Assembly (NCBI GenBank): GCA_030141605.1
Contig: JAQGDQ010000670.1
Location: 51,613 to 115,612 of the forward strand
Reading direction: 5' to 3'
Source: Tubiluchus corallicola
Taxonomy: Eukaryota; Animalia; Priapulida
DNA length: 64,000 bases
The notes beneath the pieces are model-generated. The model had not been told where the DNA came from and made no database searches. It worked only from the letters and a program-made list of their open reading frames with translations. The translations under genes were made by a program, and so were the position numbers. Below, one piece after another: positions 30,113-43,869 of this stretch (position 1 is its first letter; every line of letters begins with the position of its first letter).

Positions 30113-30503
30113 CAGGGGCGTATTAACCAATAGGGCGTTAAAGTTTGTGGGGCGCCGCATTTTAGAAGAAAATCTTATTCTCATCTTAAGTACTCTCGTA
30201 TTCACGTAAGGGGTGCATTTTACAACACACCACAGGTAGTTACTGAGCGCAGCGTTTATATAAGTGCCACATAACGAACAGGTGCAAGGCATTACACAAG
30301 AAGCAGTTGTGCAGCCTACTTGAATATCTTCGGCATGCAAATACATGTAATTAATAGAGACCACGCCCACGTAGAAACTAGGTTGATAGTGTTTCTAACA
30401 CACCGCAAGCACTTTGTTAATCGCCTCATTACATAAGAAACCATAAAAAAGGGCGGGACGGAACTATCACCCTAGGGCGTCGTAAAGACTTGATACGCCC
30501 CTG
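30113..30503. mobile_element. hAT-type MITE
   Basis: TIR CAGGGGCGTAT/ATACGCCCCTG; perfect 8-bp TSD GCAGTGAA (30105-30112, 30504-30511). Confidence 0.92.
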
Positions 30504-30748
30504 GCAGTGAATGATTTTAGTCCATGCTTAGACCATTGCGCCACACCGACAACGGTTTGAATGGAAATGCTGATTAATTCAGTAAGTATAATACTGCCAA
30601 GGGCTCTTACAAATGGCGAACAAGACACCACAATTGATAGCTGGGTCGTGTGTTTAGCAGTCATGGAAATGTGGTTGACTACACATGCAGTCACGTGATT
30701 CGTGTATCGCTTACCTAATTGTGATACAGCATTTCACGTTGTCTAGAG

Positions 30749-31285
30749 CTTCGGTTCCCAACTTGAGGTACTAGTACTTCTTGGGGCTACCAGGGAACAC
30801 CACAAGGGGTACCTGAGAAGCCTCTTGGACAATTTTAAAAAGTTGTGTTATATAATAATCAGCGGATGATTCGGACATCTTCGTCAACTGTGCCTACAAT
30901 TCATGGTTTTTAGTCAAGCTCTTGACCACTGTCCACTGTAAAACTTTCAGTGAACCTTTCCCTGCGTGAAGCAGGCTTTTCAGCGATGGCGACAATCAAG
31001 ACAAAAACCCAAAACCGCCTCGACATCCGCGGAGACATGAGAGTCAGTCTGTCAAAACTGAACCGCGATTCATAAAGTTAGTTTCTGCTATGCATCAGAA
31101 GCCAAGTCATTAAACTCTCATTTAAAGCACTTGATTGGAACAATACGTATAATATATATGATAAAAATAGTCATGACGTTACATCCGTGCTGGTTCTTCA
31201 GTTTGTTTATGGCAGGTGAAGGGGTACCAGAAGATAGTGTAAAAATATTAGGGGTACGTGGAGTCCAAAAGGTTGGGAACCGGGG
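30749..31285 (+). mobile_element. Non-autonomous hAT-Charlie/Buster element with transposase C-terminal remnant
   Basis: TIR core CGGTTCCCAAC/GTTGGGAACCG; TSD GTCTAGAG/TTCTAGAG (NTCTAGAN). 30962-31113 reads EAGFSAMATIKTKTQNRLDIRGDMRVSLS/(frameshift)/EPRFIKLVSAMHQKPSH*. Confidence 0.9.
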
Positions 31286-31834
31286 TTCTAGAGGCTTAGA
31301 AGCTACTATTAACACTTCTTATAATTCGGCCAACTTTAAAAAACAGTCTGAAAAATGTTTTGTAAGCCAATCCGCTAATAGTAGTTGGCAAAAGCTCTAA
31401 CAGATGTCTCTGGAAGAACTACATCATGTTAAACGATGCAACACAGTTATGTAAACCACACACGGATTGGCCACTTGTTTATGAAGTAGTTTTATGAAGT
31501 ATTTATGAGATACTTATGAGGTATTTTTATGAGGTACACATTTTATGACGTACTTATTATATGACGTATTTTATGAGGTAGTTTCAGAATAGAAGATACA
31601 AGAAACAAGAAACAAAATAATGTAAAATAAAGACAGTTTGTCCTAAAAACAAGACTTTTCTTCATCAGTATTGTCAACTCGGATGATTAAATGAAATTCC
31701 ACACGTTATCCCACACATTTGTTATTTTAACCGGAAGATCAGTGTGTTCCTTTCTTCCAGGAGCCCCCCTAACCTGATAATTCAGAGGAGTCATTTTTCA
31801 CAGAAGAATTATTAATAATTACCACAAAACTCAC

Positions 31835-32152
31835 TTGTTAGTGAGTGGTGCACCCTGGAGGTTTACCAATTGGCACGAACATTTTAAATTATTATTTCTA
31901 GTTACATAAGTCTTTCCAGCGGGTAAGTTTGCATGGAAAGTCTTTTGAGATATAATTTAACCTTGCCTTTTCACCCCTGATTACGTTTGTAAGGTGACGT
32001 CATGTAATGGCACCGTCGGAACAATATTGATGGAGATTTAAAATGAAAACAAACAATAATTTCTTTCAATGCGAGCACGATATATGTACAAAATTGCAAT
32101 AAAATGAGTCAGTTTTTCTGAAACCTACTTCAGGTACCCCTTTTCTTGTCCT
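31835..32152 (-). mobile_element. Kolobok/T2-MITE-like family B, left half
   Basis: Ends CTTCAGGTACCCCTTTTCTTGTCCT-TTAA, the reverse complement of the start at 60574. Confidence 0.8.
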
Positions 32153-32929
32153 TTAACGATACCTTATTAGAAAAAAGTACTGCACACATTAAAATTTCAA
32201 TAACTAAGTTGTTGCATTGGAGCTGCATATCCAAATCTTATTTCGTCTGTATACGTGCTTTTAGAATTCTCGATCAACGTCCTAAGATTACTCTAAATCC
32301 TGGCAGATTCTACAATTCACTTTAAATTCTGCAACCTCTTATATGCATAAGTCCTTACTCAATACTGATTCGAACCTTATTGAGATAAATAGAATCGTGG
32401 GGTCTTCGTGACATTCAAATTCATTGAAATCTTCTTGCAGACGCTGAATTGAGCAGATGGGAAATGATTTGTGTAAACACGGCTTTTCGTTGTTCGAGTG
32501 CACTTATAGCAATAGCAGAAATCTTTGACTAAAATTTCTTGGGTGGGAAATATGACCATAAGTAAAGCGTGTGTATTAACCATGGTTTTTCGGGTGTAGC
32601 GTTAAAAAAGGGGCGTGCCCTACTTCTCCTCCTCTCTAAGTAATGCCTGGTATAAGAATTTTATGCAGCTGTGTCCGGCGTGATATACTGTATACGTACT
32701 TATTTATGTATCAATTAGATAAAAAATTACAATGCGAAAATAATGTAGCCAACGAAAAATAAGCAGGTACTAAATAATAAATAATCACCTATTTGGGCAA
32801 TTCTGAGACGGGATAGCTTTAGGTTTGTGTGCCATGATGGGCAATTTAAAATTTCTTTCTATTGTGATTCAGTTGGTCGCAATGGTCTGTAGTATAATAT
32901 TAGACAAAGAGCACTCTTAATATAAACAT

Positions 32930-33205
32930 TAGTCAGTCCGTTAGTCAGTCCGTCAGTTAGTCAGTCAGTCCGTCAGTCAGTCAGTCAGTTAGTCAGTCAG
33001 TCAGTCAGTCAGTCAGTCAGTCAGTCAGTCAGTCAGTCAGTCAGTCAGTCAGTCAGTCAGTCAGTCACTCAATCAGTCAGTCAACCAGCCAGTCAGTTAG
33101 TCAGTCCGTCAGTTAGGCAGTCAGTTAGTCAGTCAGTCAGTCAGTTAGTCAGTCAGTCAGTCAGTCAGTCAGTCAGCCAGTCAGTCAGTCAGTCAGTCAG
33201 TCAGT
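32930..33205. repeat. (CAGT)n microsatellite
   Basis: Directly visible. Confidence 0.95.
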
Positions 33206-33237
33206 TTACATACAGTTTACATACAGTTTAAATATTT

Positions 33238-33474
33238 GCATACAGTTTACACGTCAGGCTGAATAAGAGTAAAAATTTTATATGCAAAAACATTTTAAAC
33301 AGTGATGCAAACTTTACTTCTGTAATTAGACGTCATTGGCGTAGTTTGTTATATCGTTAATTGTTATTTGTGTTATTGTTGTGTGTCATGATTTATTGTA
33401 TTATTTGTATTAATTTGTGATGTGTATATGAACTTTGTAAAGTTTGAAATAAAATACTAGATCTAATCTAAATC
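33238..33474 (+). mobile_element. Retroposon 3'UTR fragment (family of 2319-2560) at the edge of the (CAGT)n tract
   Basis: Reverse-complement match to 2319-2560; CAGT-like sequence resumes after the tail. Confidence 0.7.
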
Positions 33475-34384
33475 AGTCAATTAGTCAGCCATTCAATGCA
33501 CCTAAAACTGTAAGCGAAACTGAAAAAAAATCGAAAAAACAAATTGAGTGAGGCGAATCTTCCAAAACAACTGGGTCATTTAGAGCCTCAGAGACTAAAG
33601 TTATAGTCTTCCGTTCCCAGGGCTACCTTGCTCGTAGGTATAAAGACTACAAATTCCAGTTTAAATTGCAGTTATTTTTATTTTTAACTGTAAATCTTTT
33701 CGATCGGGGTTGCTAATACCGTTCTGCTCTGCTCCTACAGGCTAGTATATTAGAAATACATTTTGCAATTTGGGTTGACTTTTCCTTTAAACCATTTCTG
33801 TCCGAAATACTCAGGCAGCTTTACACACTCGGTCGTTTATTTAAAATCACTTACGTATAAATGCAAATGAGCGCGCCGGGGAAAACATTCATTTGTTTTG
33901 CTAATGTTTGCACGAAGCCAAGTAAAAAATGAGAACGGGGAAGCTCTTTTGTGCATAAAACAAAGCCGCCAGGCAAAATAAAATGCTCCAAATATTTGCC
34001 CACTTGTTACGGCACAGCATCTGATTTATGCAGATGATCAATGCTAGTGGTTTACTTACCGGGAGAGACGAATCGTTCGAGTGTGGCATCGTGAAGTCGA
34101 TTGCCCGAATTTTCTCCGCAACAGCTTTATGCGCTACGTGACTGGAAAAGAGAAATCTCTTTCAGTGTGTGAAAACTCGTGAAGATGGGACGCAGCTTAT
34201 TCAAGGCTCAGAACTTCTCAACTTGGAGGCAAAGTCTTAATTGACTAGGCTGTTGGAAGGTTCTTTAATCCTCTATATTTAGTTTCGATATTAAAAGGCA
34301 TAATGAATAAGTGCACAGATTTTTAAATATAAGAGGTACAGTAACAACAAAAACACCAAAATGAAAAACAAGTGACAATGCAAG

Positions 34385-34696
34385 CACAACAATAACAACA
34401 ACAACAACACCGACGACGACGATGACGACAACGGCGACAACAACAATACAACAATGCAACAAAACAACAACAGCAGCAGCAACAACAACAACCACCACCA
34501 CAACAAGTGACAATGACAACGACAACAACAACAACAACAACAGCAACAACAACGACGACGACGACGATTGCAACGACGACAATAACGATGACAACAACAA
34601 CAACAACAACAAGACGACAACGAAACAACAACAACAATACAACAACAACGACAGCAGCTTCAGCATTATGGGCTCTTCCTCCCTACCTCCCTACCT

Positions 34697-34779
<83 letters not shown>

Positions 34780-34799
34780 CCCTCTGTCTTTCTCTTTCG

Positions 34800-34835
<36 letters not shown>

Positions 34836-34858
34836 CACTCTCTCTCTCTCTCTCTCTC

Positions 34859-34903
<45 letters not shown>

Positions 34904-34930
34904 CCCTCTGTCTTTCTCTTTCGCTCTCTC
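34385..34930. repeat. (CAA)/(CGA) then (CT)-rich compound microsatellite
   Basis: Directly visible. Confidence 0.93.
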
Positions 34931-35579
34931 TGGTAATTCATTTTCTTTGCTAAGTTTCTTAAGAAATGTTCCACTCTTTTTTCTCTCTGGCCTATTTCGA
35001 CAAAACTTCAATTAACATATTGCGCAGTCGTAACTCCTTTGAGTAAACTACTTCAGTGATGATAACTGTCCTCACTTTATGAGTACAACTAATACATGTT
35101 TAACACAAATCACTGTCCAGTGTACATACATCAATAAGATTCATTAAAATGTAAAAGGCAGGTGTTGGTTTCTCATGCTCAACGGGCCAGCAACATGGAC
35201 TACTGTGTCCTGTAACAATTAGTGAATCTCGGTGGTGATAATGAACGGTTCACACCTTGTGGATTTGTTGTACGAAGACATTGAACCAACTGACGAACAA
35301 TTGCCTAGTTTAATGTTCACATGCAAAGTAGTGAGTATAGCGCCAACAAGCAAATTTAAGGTAGATGATGCATTAATTAACCATGTTGCTTAATTTCGGT
35401 TGCTAAGAAGATGCTGCTACTACCTAGGTATTTAATATGAAACTTTGAACGATGTAAATGATGTAATATTATAAACTGCAGTGCTGCCTACAGTTTTGAA
35501 TGAGTGTAGATAGAGATACCGTGCCGGTTCTTCAGGAGTTGCTTGTGTTTGTAAAAGCTTTGTCGTGCTTTTAGTTATT

Positions 35580-36115
35580 CATTGTTTGTTCATTTATTCA
35601 CTTTTTTCGTTCATTTATTTGTTCTTTCGCTCATTATTTAGTTCATCTATTCATTCATTCACTCATTCGTTCATTCGTTCGTTCGTTCGTTCGTTCGTTC
35701 GTTCGTTCATTCATTCATTCATTCATTCATTCATTCATTCATTCATTCATTCATTCATTCATTCATTCATTCATTCATTCATTCATTCATTCATTCATTC
35801 ATTCATTCATTCATTCATTCATTCATTCATTCATTCATTTATTCAGTCAGTCAGTCAGTCAGTCATTCATTCACTCATACATATATACATACATACATAC
35901 ATTCATTCATTCATTCATTCATTCATTCATTCATTCATTCATTCATTCGTTCCCTCATACCTGCATACATTCATTCATTCATTCTTTCACTCATACATAC
36001 GTTCATTAATTCATTCATTCATTCACTCATTCATTCATTCGTTCCCTCATACATGCATACATTCATTCATTCATTCACTCATACATACATTCATCCATCC
36101 ATTCACTTATTCATT
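35580..36115. repeat. (TTCA)n-type microsatellite
   Basis: Directly visible. Confidence 0.95.
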
Positions 36116-36324
36116 CATCCGCTTGTCCAATCACTGGTTGAGTCATTTATTTTTCGCCATCCATTTATGTTTTCTTCCTTCCGTTCATAGGGGCAAAAAT
36201 GACAGATTTCTTGTGTAGTTACCAAATTTTGGTGAAGAAACCTTGCTCTTATTTACTATCTACGACAGGCAGAAATCAAAACTACAACACTGAGACAACA
36301 GCTTCAACATTATGGGCTCTACCT

Positions 36325-36332
36325 CCCTCCTT

Positions 36333-36375
<43 letters not shown>

Positions 36376-36447
36376 TCCCTCTCCCTCTCCCTCTCCCTCT
36401 CCCTCTCCCTCTCCCTCTGCCTCTCCCTCTCTCTCTCTCTCCTCTCC

Positions 36448-36478
<31 letters not shown>

Positions 36479-36541
36479 CCCCTCTCTCTCTCTCCCTCCC
36501 TCTCTCCCCTCTCTCTCTCCCTCTCTCTCTCCCCTCTCTCC

Positions 36542-36572
<31 letters not shown>

Positions 36573-36706
36573 TCTCTTCGTCTCTCTCTCTCTTCGTCTC
36601 TCTCCCTCTCTCCCTCCCTCCTCACTCTCTCTCCACCTCTCTCTCTCTCTCCCTCTCTCTCTCCCCCCTCTCTCTCTCTCCCTCTCTCTTTCTAGTCTCT
36701 CTCTCA
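36325..36706. repeat. (CT)/(CTCTCC) polypyrimidine tract
   Basis: Directly visible. Confidence 0.95.
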
Positions 36707-37232
36707 CAACGTCATCTTTCTAGTCTCTAAGTTACAAATATTATTTCAAAATTACAGTTATTATCGAAATGTCAAGTATTTCTAATTTCAGAAATTTCTC
36801 ATTTGAGTTAATGTAAATCTTTAATTGCGCTAATAACACGAGATTTCAGAGCAGTCCGTCCACACAAGCGAGTTTGCCGCTTTTTATGCCTTAATGACAA
36901 ATCGATGAATTTCAATTCAAACGTTCGTTAATATCGTTTTTGATCATGCGTGGATAAAGGGAAAAATCTCAGCTCAAGATCTGCCATGACGAGAAAAATA
37001 AATTGGCAGTAATATTGCCCACTACTCGTCTGATAAACTATACCTAGAATAGATTGCATTGCTGTATGCAGATCGCCTGAAGAATTATTGATCACGAAAT
37101 TGCAGTTCTCTGGGTTTTTTTACTTTGTTTTTCTGTTTTGTCTTTTTGCATATCGAGCTGCTTCACCTGTACAAATTTACAGAATAATCTGATAGCAAAT
37201 TTTGGCATTTTTTACTGCAGATTTCGTAACCA

Positions 37233-37470
37233 GCCGCTTTAGTCTAGTAGTAATGCGGCTGCTTTACGTCTGGGAGGTCGCGAGTTCGAACCAGCGGCCG
37301 GGTCGCACCAAAGACTTTAAAAACGGTACCTGCTGTTGCCCTGCCTGGCGCCTGGTATTTAGGGTAAAATTGGGGTAATAATAGTCTCTGTTATGTAGTT
37401 GTAGGTTGTTATTTACAGTCGGCGATAACAGCTCTTTGAGTTTATTGTTAGATGAACTCGCGTTTTTTTA
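37233..37470 (+). mobile_element. tRNA-derived SINE with Meta-domain-like core
   Basis: A-box-like TAGTCTAGTAGT and B-box GAGTTCGAACC (37282-37292), followed by ACCAAAGACTTTAAAAACGGTACCTGCTGTTGCCCTGCCTGGCGC. The 3' end is approximate. Confidence 0.75.
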
Positions 37471-37904
37471 ATCTCCTAGTTGCCGAGGCGTCGATTTCGT
37501 TAACTTTCAAATTACTGACGTCGTTGTCGTCATCGTCATCGCCATCATCATCGTTTAATGATGATTGTGCTGGCGCCGTGGCGGACCACAACTCGGCCCG
37601 TATCCTAGTTACTGACTCTCGCTGATCGGCACCATCGTAAGTAAAAGCATCGTGGTAACTATCGTGCAATGGAACTTGTGTTCCTCGTCTTCTGTCTTGA
37701 TATTCTTCTTTTCCTCCTTCTTCTGATTCTTCTGTTTGTTCTTCTCTTCACACCAGCACCACCTCCATCAGTCATCGCTATCACAATTATCAGCAACAAC
37801 AGAATAGGGCTTTGCCAACGGAACATCGTCACGCCTTTTTTATTTTCGATCCGCCTAATATTCTTTTCTTATTTTTCGACCTCTTCTTCTGCTCTCGTTC
37901 ATCA

Positions 37905-38440
37905 TTATCACCACCATGACCATTAACTCCATCATCATCATCGTCGTCGTCATCATCATCATCATCATCATCATCACCATCTTCATCATCATCATCACCA
38001 TCATCTTCTTATTCTTATTCTTCTTGATCATCATCATCAACATCTTCTTCTTCTTCTTCTTCATCATTATCATCATCATCATCATCATCTTCTTGTTCTT
38101 CATCATCATCATCATCATCATTATTATCATCTTCATCATCATCATCATCATCATCATCACCATCTTCATCATCACCATCATCTTCTTATTCTTATTCTTC
38201 TTGATCATCATCATCATCTTCTTCTTCTTCTTCTTCTTCTTCATCATCATCATCTTCTTCTTCTTCTTTAACATCATCATCATCGTCATCATGATCATCA
38301 TCATCATCATCACCATCATCTTCTTGTTCTTCAACAACAACATCATCATCATCATCTTCTTCTTCTTCTTCTTCTTCATCATTATCATCATCATCATCAT
38401 CATCTTCTTCTTCTTCTTCTTCTTCTTCTTCATCATCATT

Positions 38441-38476
<36 letters not shown>

Positions 38477-38610
38477 TTCATCATCATCATCATCATCATC
38501 ACCATCTTTATCATCATCATCACCATCATCTTCTTATTCTTATTCTTCTTGATCATCATCATCATCACCATCATCTTCTTATTCTTATTCTTCTTGATCA
38601 TCATCATTAT
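37905..38610. repeat. Compound (CAT)/(CTT) microsatellite with recurring higher-order block
   Basis: Block CACCATCATCTTCTTATTCTTATTCTTCTTGATCATC recurs four times. Confidence 0.95.
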
Positions 38611-39013
38611 CGACCATACCAAATACAGAGGAAACTTCGTTACAGAGGAAGTGATGATTGTCATTAGTAAAAAGTATTTAGAAGCCCCAGCCTCCACGCT
38701 CACTTTGGCTTGGCAACGTTGACTCTAAACTGTCCCTGTCTTTTGAAAATTTAGCGCAATCTTGCAGCTGTTTGTTCCAAATATCACGAAATTGCAGTTC
38801 TTTGAAAGGCTGTGTTTTTATTACGCGGCCATGTTAAGTAGGCACACGAAGTAAATTTTCTTGGCACGAAAATGATAAAATGTAAATGCGCCTCGTTACA
38901 AGCTCATTTTTCTCCCATAATCACAGACTGCAGACATGTTTCTTTATAAGAATTGCTATCCCATCTAATGATGATTGATCCCTCTTTGTTGAGAGCATGT
39001 TTGCCTGTTTTAG

Positions 39014-39221
39014 GTTGTCTGGATGTATAGGGACACCCAAACGATTCTGACGCTAGGTGAACAGGTAATCACACGTGATAGAAGAATTAGTACGGGTCAA
39101 GTGGGCAGGAAAACGTGGACGCTCATTATAAGAGATGTTAAAGCAGAAGATGCTGGGATATATCGATGCGAAATAAATACAGATCCAAGAAAAATCACAG
39201 AAGGGATGCTTTACGTGAAAG
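39014..39221 (+). CDS. DIP/lachesin/IgLON-like protein, exon for C-half of Ig1
   Basis: TTTTAG acceptor and AAG|GTATGA donor; phase 0 to 1. VVWMYRDTQTILTLGEQVITRDRRIS..KTWTLIIRDVKAEDAGIYRCEINTDP carries DIP-like DTQTILT, VITR and INTDP motifs. Confidence 0.95.
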
Positions 39222-39382
39222 GTATGATGCTGCCGAATCAAACGTTATCAGTTTATTGTCGAGAATGCACGGATGCATCTTTTTTTACGGAAGTGAGCGA
39301 GTGAGAGAGAGGGGGAGAGAGCGACCAAAAAGAGTAAAAATTTGATAGTATTATGAAAAAGTTCTTATGATGAAGTTTTGTC

Positions 39383-39601
39383 AGTAGCGGTAGTGGTAGT
39401 GGTAGTGGTAGTGGTAGTGGTAGTGGTAGTGGTAATGGTAGTGGTAGTGGTAGTGGTAGTGGTAGTGGTAGTGGTAGTGGTAGTGGTAGTGGTAGTGGTG
39501 GTGGGGGTGGTAGTGGCGGTGGTGGTGATTGTGGTGGTGGCTGCGGTTGTGGTGGCGGTGGTGGTGGCAGTGGCAGTGGCAGTGGTAGTAGTAGTAGCAG
39601 C

Positions 39602-39641
<40 letters not shown>

Positions 39642-39642
39642 A

Positions 39643-39705
<63 letters not shown>

Positions 39706-39912
39706 CAGTAGTAGCAGTAGTAGTAGTAGTAGCAGTAGTAGTAGTAGCAGTAGTAGTAGTAGCAGTAGTAGTAGTAGTAGTAGTAGTAGTAATAGTAGTA
39801 GTAGTAGAAGTAATAGTAGTAGTAGTAGTAGTAGTAGCAGTAGTAGTAGTAGCAGTAGTAGTAGCAGTAGTAATAGTAGTAGTAATAGTAGTAGTGGTGG
39901 TAGTAGTAGTAA

Positions 39913-39956
<44 letters not shown>

Positions 39957-40082
39957 ATAGCAGTAGTAGTAGTAGTAGTAGTAGTAGTCGTAGTAGCAGT
40001 AGTAGTAGTAGTAGTAGTAGTAGTCGTAGTAGCAGTAGTAGTACTATTACTATTACCATCGTCATTATTATTATTATTGCTA

Positions 40083-40168
<86 letters not shown>

Positions 40169-40172
40169 TATT
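39383..40172. repeat. (GGTAGT)/(GTA)/(TTA) compound microsatellite
   Basis: Directly visible. Confidence 0.96.
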
Positions 40173-42569
40173 CGCTGTTATAACCTACTGGTCAATATTA
40201 GTTTATTTTTGTCCTTTCACCTGCAACGGAAACAAGTTGGCTAATATTGCCTTTTCGACGATCTCTCATTTCTCGCCAGGATTTATCTACGTAATCCCAA
40301 TTCCAATTCAAATCATCCAAGCATTAAGCAGAGTGTAAAATAATCTACTCGACACGTATCCGTCGAGATAAGACTGTCCCTGCAGAATAGTAGCGAAGCT
40401 GAGGAAGAAGATGAAGATGCAATTAGTTGCTATGAGATTGATATACTTAGCGTCACGTGAGAACAGTAAATTATAATTACCATACCTGTGACACCCAATT
40501 TCATCAATTTCGTGAGACCAAAATTATGTGCGTTAATAAAAACATCGTACAGAGAATGAAAGTCAATTAACCAAGGACTTGTACTTCAATCATACGTAAC
40601 ACGGGGACTTTATATAATGCAATATATAGGTACTTATCAGTATATAATTACATTGTTATATCAAGTTGGAGTGAAACACAATATGTATATATAAATCAAA
40701 ATTTGACGTCAATTGTTAAACAATAACTGTCATATGTGTTTTTAACCATACTGAGGGCAAGGAAATAGGGGGGGGGGGAGAGCTGGTACCGAATTTAAGT
40801 TTGCCCACAATTATTAAGCCTGTTAGCTTTTACAAACAAACAACACAATCATTAACAAGTCACAAGGAATTATATTATAATAACTATACTAGCAGGTACA
40901 ATCACAGAATCAAATGACATAATTATTATCAATACTAAAATACCACTATACTAAAACACAGCGGAACAATTAGCCTGGCTAGCCCACAGGTCTAAATGTT
41001 CAAGCTGGGCCTGTCTTACACAGCTTAAATACAGAAAACTAAAACACTATTAATGTAAAAGGTCATTCAGAAGCAAATAAGTACAGTAAGATTAGAGGGA
41101 AATTTAAGCTATTTCAATGTTATAACAAGCGTAAAAAAGGGAGGGAATGAGATGAAAAAATTATGAAAGAGAGATGAGCAAGAAGACAAACAATGTAATA
41201 TTCACAAGTCAAGTTAATCAAACGCGAAGTACATATACATTTGTTAATTGTGCCACTACTTGATAGGTAAAATTAATCACTCAACTTAAACTGTTTCCAC
41301 TACAAACTGATGTAAACGATTAGGTTATACATCTTCTGTGAGACGAGACCCAACACGGAGCATATTGTCACCTAACAATGTAATTTTCATGCAGATCTTT
41401 CCATTTCTGACCTTAAATCAAACATCTTGTTACACGAAAGTCCAGCGAATACATGCAATAACTTATATGATTTACGTTGAACTGGTACTTCTTAGTTCCG
41501 CTAGAGGGCTACAGTAATTCACAATGTAACGTTTTCTTCCGAAATTATACCATGAAAAAGGTGGAATCGTTCATTTCGCGCTTTAGCTATATACGCTGTG
41601 TAGACTGCTGCTATAAACAATAAAGATTTCTCTGGCTGCCTAGATACTAAACGCAAAACCGTGTTACTCTGAGTTTATTAAGTCAACGCAAAACCGTGCG
41701 ACTAGTAAACTCTGATACACATGAAAAGCTGTTTGACTAAGGATTAATGTACCACATGGGAGATGGAGTAAATTAGACTCTCTGACTCGGCATGAACGTT
41801 ATTACTATATACCACGTGTTAGCGACGTTAGCTATCCCTCGTTTCACTAACACAAAACTTAATTAATTATATTATACGCAAGGCAGTAATAGCTGCCGTT
41901 GCTCCCTGGTAAGTTAAAAGGCAGAACCTACCTTTGTTGAGATTTGCAATTGCAGACGGTGGTTTGATTTCATCTGAAATCTGATTGGATTCTGCATGCT
42001 GTTTGCTTATTTATGAAGCTCAAGTAGGGGTTTGATTGAGCTGCATATGTTATCTCTTGCTCAATTTAACGCTGAGTTACTGGTAAGATCCAATTTTAAC
42101 GCCCGGGCCGGTTGCTCATCCAGGGTGAAAGGCTGGCAGTACGGTTTTGTACGGTGCAAAAAAACTTAAAATATAGTACGAAATTGCTATAGGGTTGAAA
42201 AAATAGGTTTGAAAAAATAGCGTATTTTTTCAACAGTACGGTACGGTTCGCACCACAATGCAATGCAATATTACCAAAAAATTCTAAGCTTTAACTTTAA
42301 ACAAAGTCTTTGAATTGGCAATCTAACTTGGCAGTTTAGTGACAAGTTAGTCAAATAAGGATTTAACGCAATCTATATTTGGGTTTTGACATGTTACGCA
42401 CCTTCACATCAACTTACCTTTGGTAGACTGGAACGAACTTATCAGTAACAGATCTTACTTTGAGTTTGAGATTATGAGGTGTGTGTTTAATCGATGAATA
42501 ATTGTTACCGTAATGCAGTGTTACTTTATGATAAACAGTGTCAATGATATGTTTTATTTCTTGGTTCAT

Positions 42570-43305
42570 TTTATTCATCAATTTTTTGTTTATTAATTTA
42601 TTCTTTCATTTACTTATTCATTCATTCATTCGTTCGTTCGTTCGTTCAGTCACTCATACATTCTTTCATTCGTTCATTCATTCACTCATTTATTCATTTA
42701 TTCACTCATTCAGTCATTCACTTATTCATTCATTCATTCATTCATTCATTCATTCATTCATTCATTCATTCACTCATTCATGCTTTCATTTAATGATTCA
42801 TTCACTCATTAATTAATTAATCAATTCATTCATTCATTCATTCATTCATTCATTCATTCATTCATTCATTCATTCATTCATTCATTCATTCATTCATTCA
42901 TTCATTCATTCATTCATTCACTCATTCATGCTTTCATTTAATGATTCATTCACTCACTCATTAATTAATTAATCATTCATTCATTCATTCATTCATTCAT
43001 TCATTCATTCATTCATTCATTCATACATTCATTCATTCATTCATTCATTCATTCATTCATTCATTCATTCATTCATTCATTCATTCATTCATTCATTCAT
43101 TCACTCATTCATTCATTCATTCATTCATTCATTTATTCATTCATTCATTCACTCATTCAATCATTCATTTGTTCACTCACTCATTCATTCATTCATTCAT
43201 TCATTCATTCATTCATTCATTCATTCATTCATTCATTCATTCATTCATTCATTCATTCATTCATTCATTCATTCATTCATTCAATCATTCACTAACTCAC
43301 TCATT
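42570..43305. repeat. (TTCA)n microsatellite with internal block duplication
   Basis: Directly visible; CATGCTTTCATTTAATGATTC occurs twice. Confidence 0.95.
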
Positions 43306-43869
43306 TATGTATTTAAGGTATGAGGAAACATTATACCGGACATATTTTGAATCCCATGTTTACTTTTACAACTGAATTACGGTGGAGTTAGCTTTTATTA
43401 TTACTGTTGTTATTGTTACCCATAAAGCACTTAAACGTGTAACTGGCAGTCGTATAAAAGAGGCAAAAGGAAAAAAGAGGGTTTTATTGAACAGCATGTA
43501 ATTATATGTTATAAGTTAAAGCTTGGTCAAAACAGCGCCCCCTTGGGTGATCCATGACAAACTTTTCCAGTTTAACCTTGTATCATCAAGCCTTAGGTCT
43601 CTTCATTTTTAACCCAAACTAACTAGCAAAAGATCAGTCGGTTTTACTGATGTATTTTAGATCATTACGCGTCACGTCCAAGTCTGATGCTTCCAGAGAA
43701 ACTTGCAAATATCTGTGCTTCAAAATTGCGTTTCAATAAACATATTATCATGCATACGCGGAATTAACGGTGGACATTATCTATTTTATATATACAGATT
43801 ATGTATAACTGTGTCTCGTTCTTTAGAAATATTTTGTATAAACTTGGGTTTGAACATACTTGGATTAAT

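Noticed and set aside
31630-31680. Possible minimal hammerhead ribozyme on the minus strand (CTGATGA..GTC..GAC AAAC)
   Set aside because: The GAAA core after helix II is incomplete and helices I and III could not be formed convincingly.
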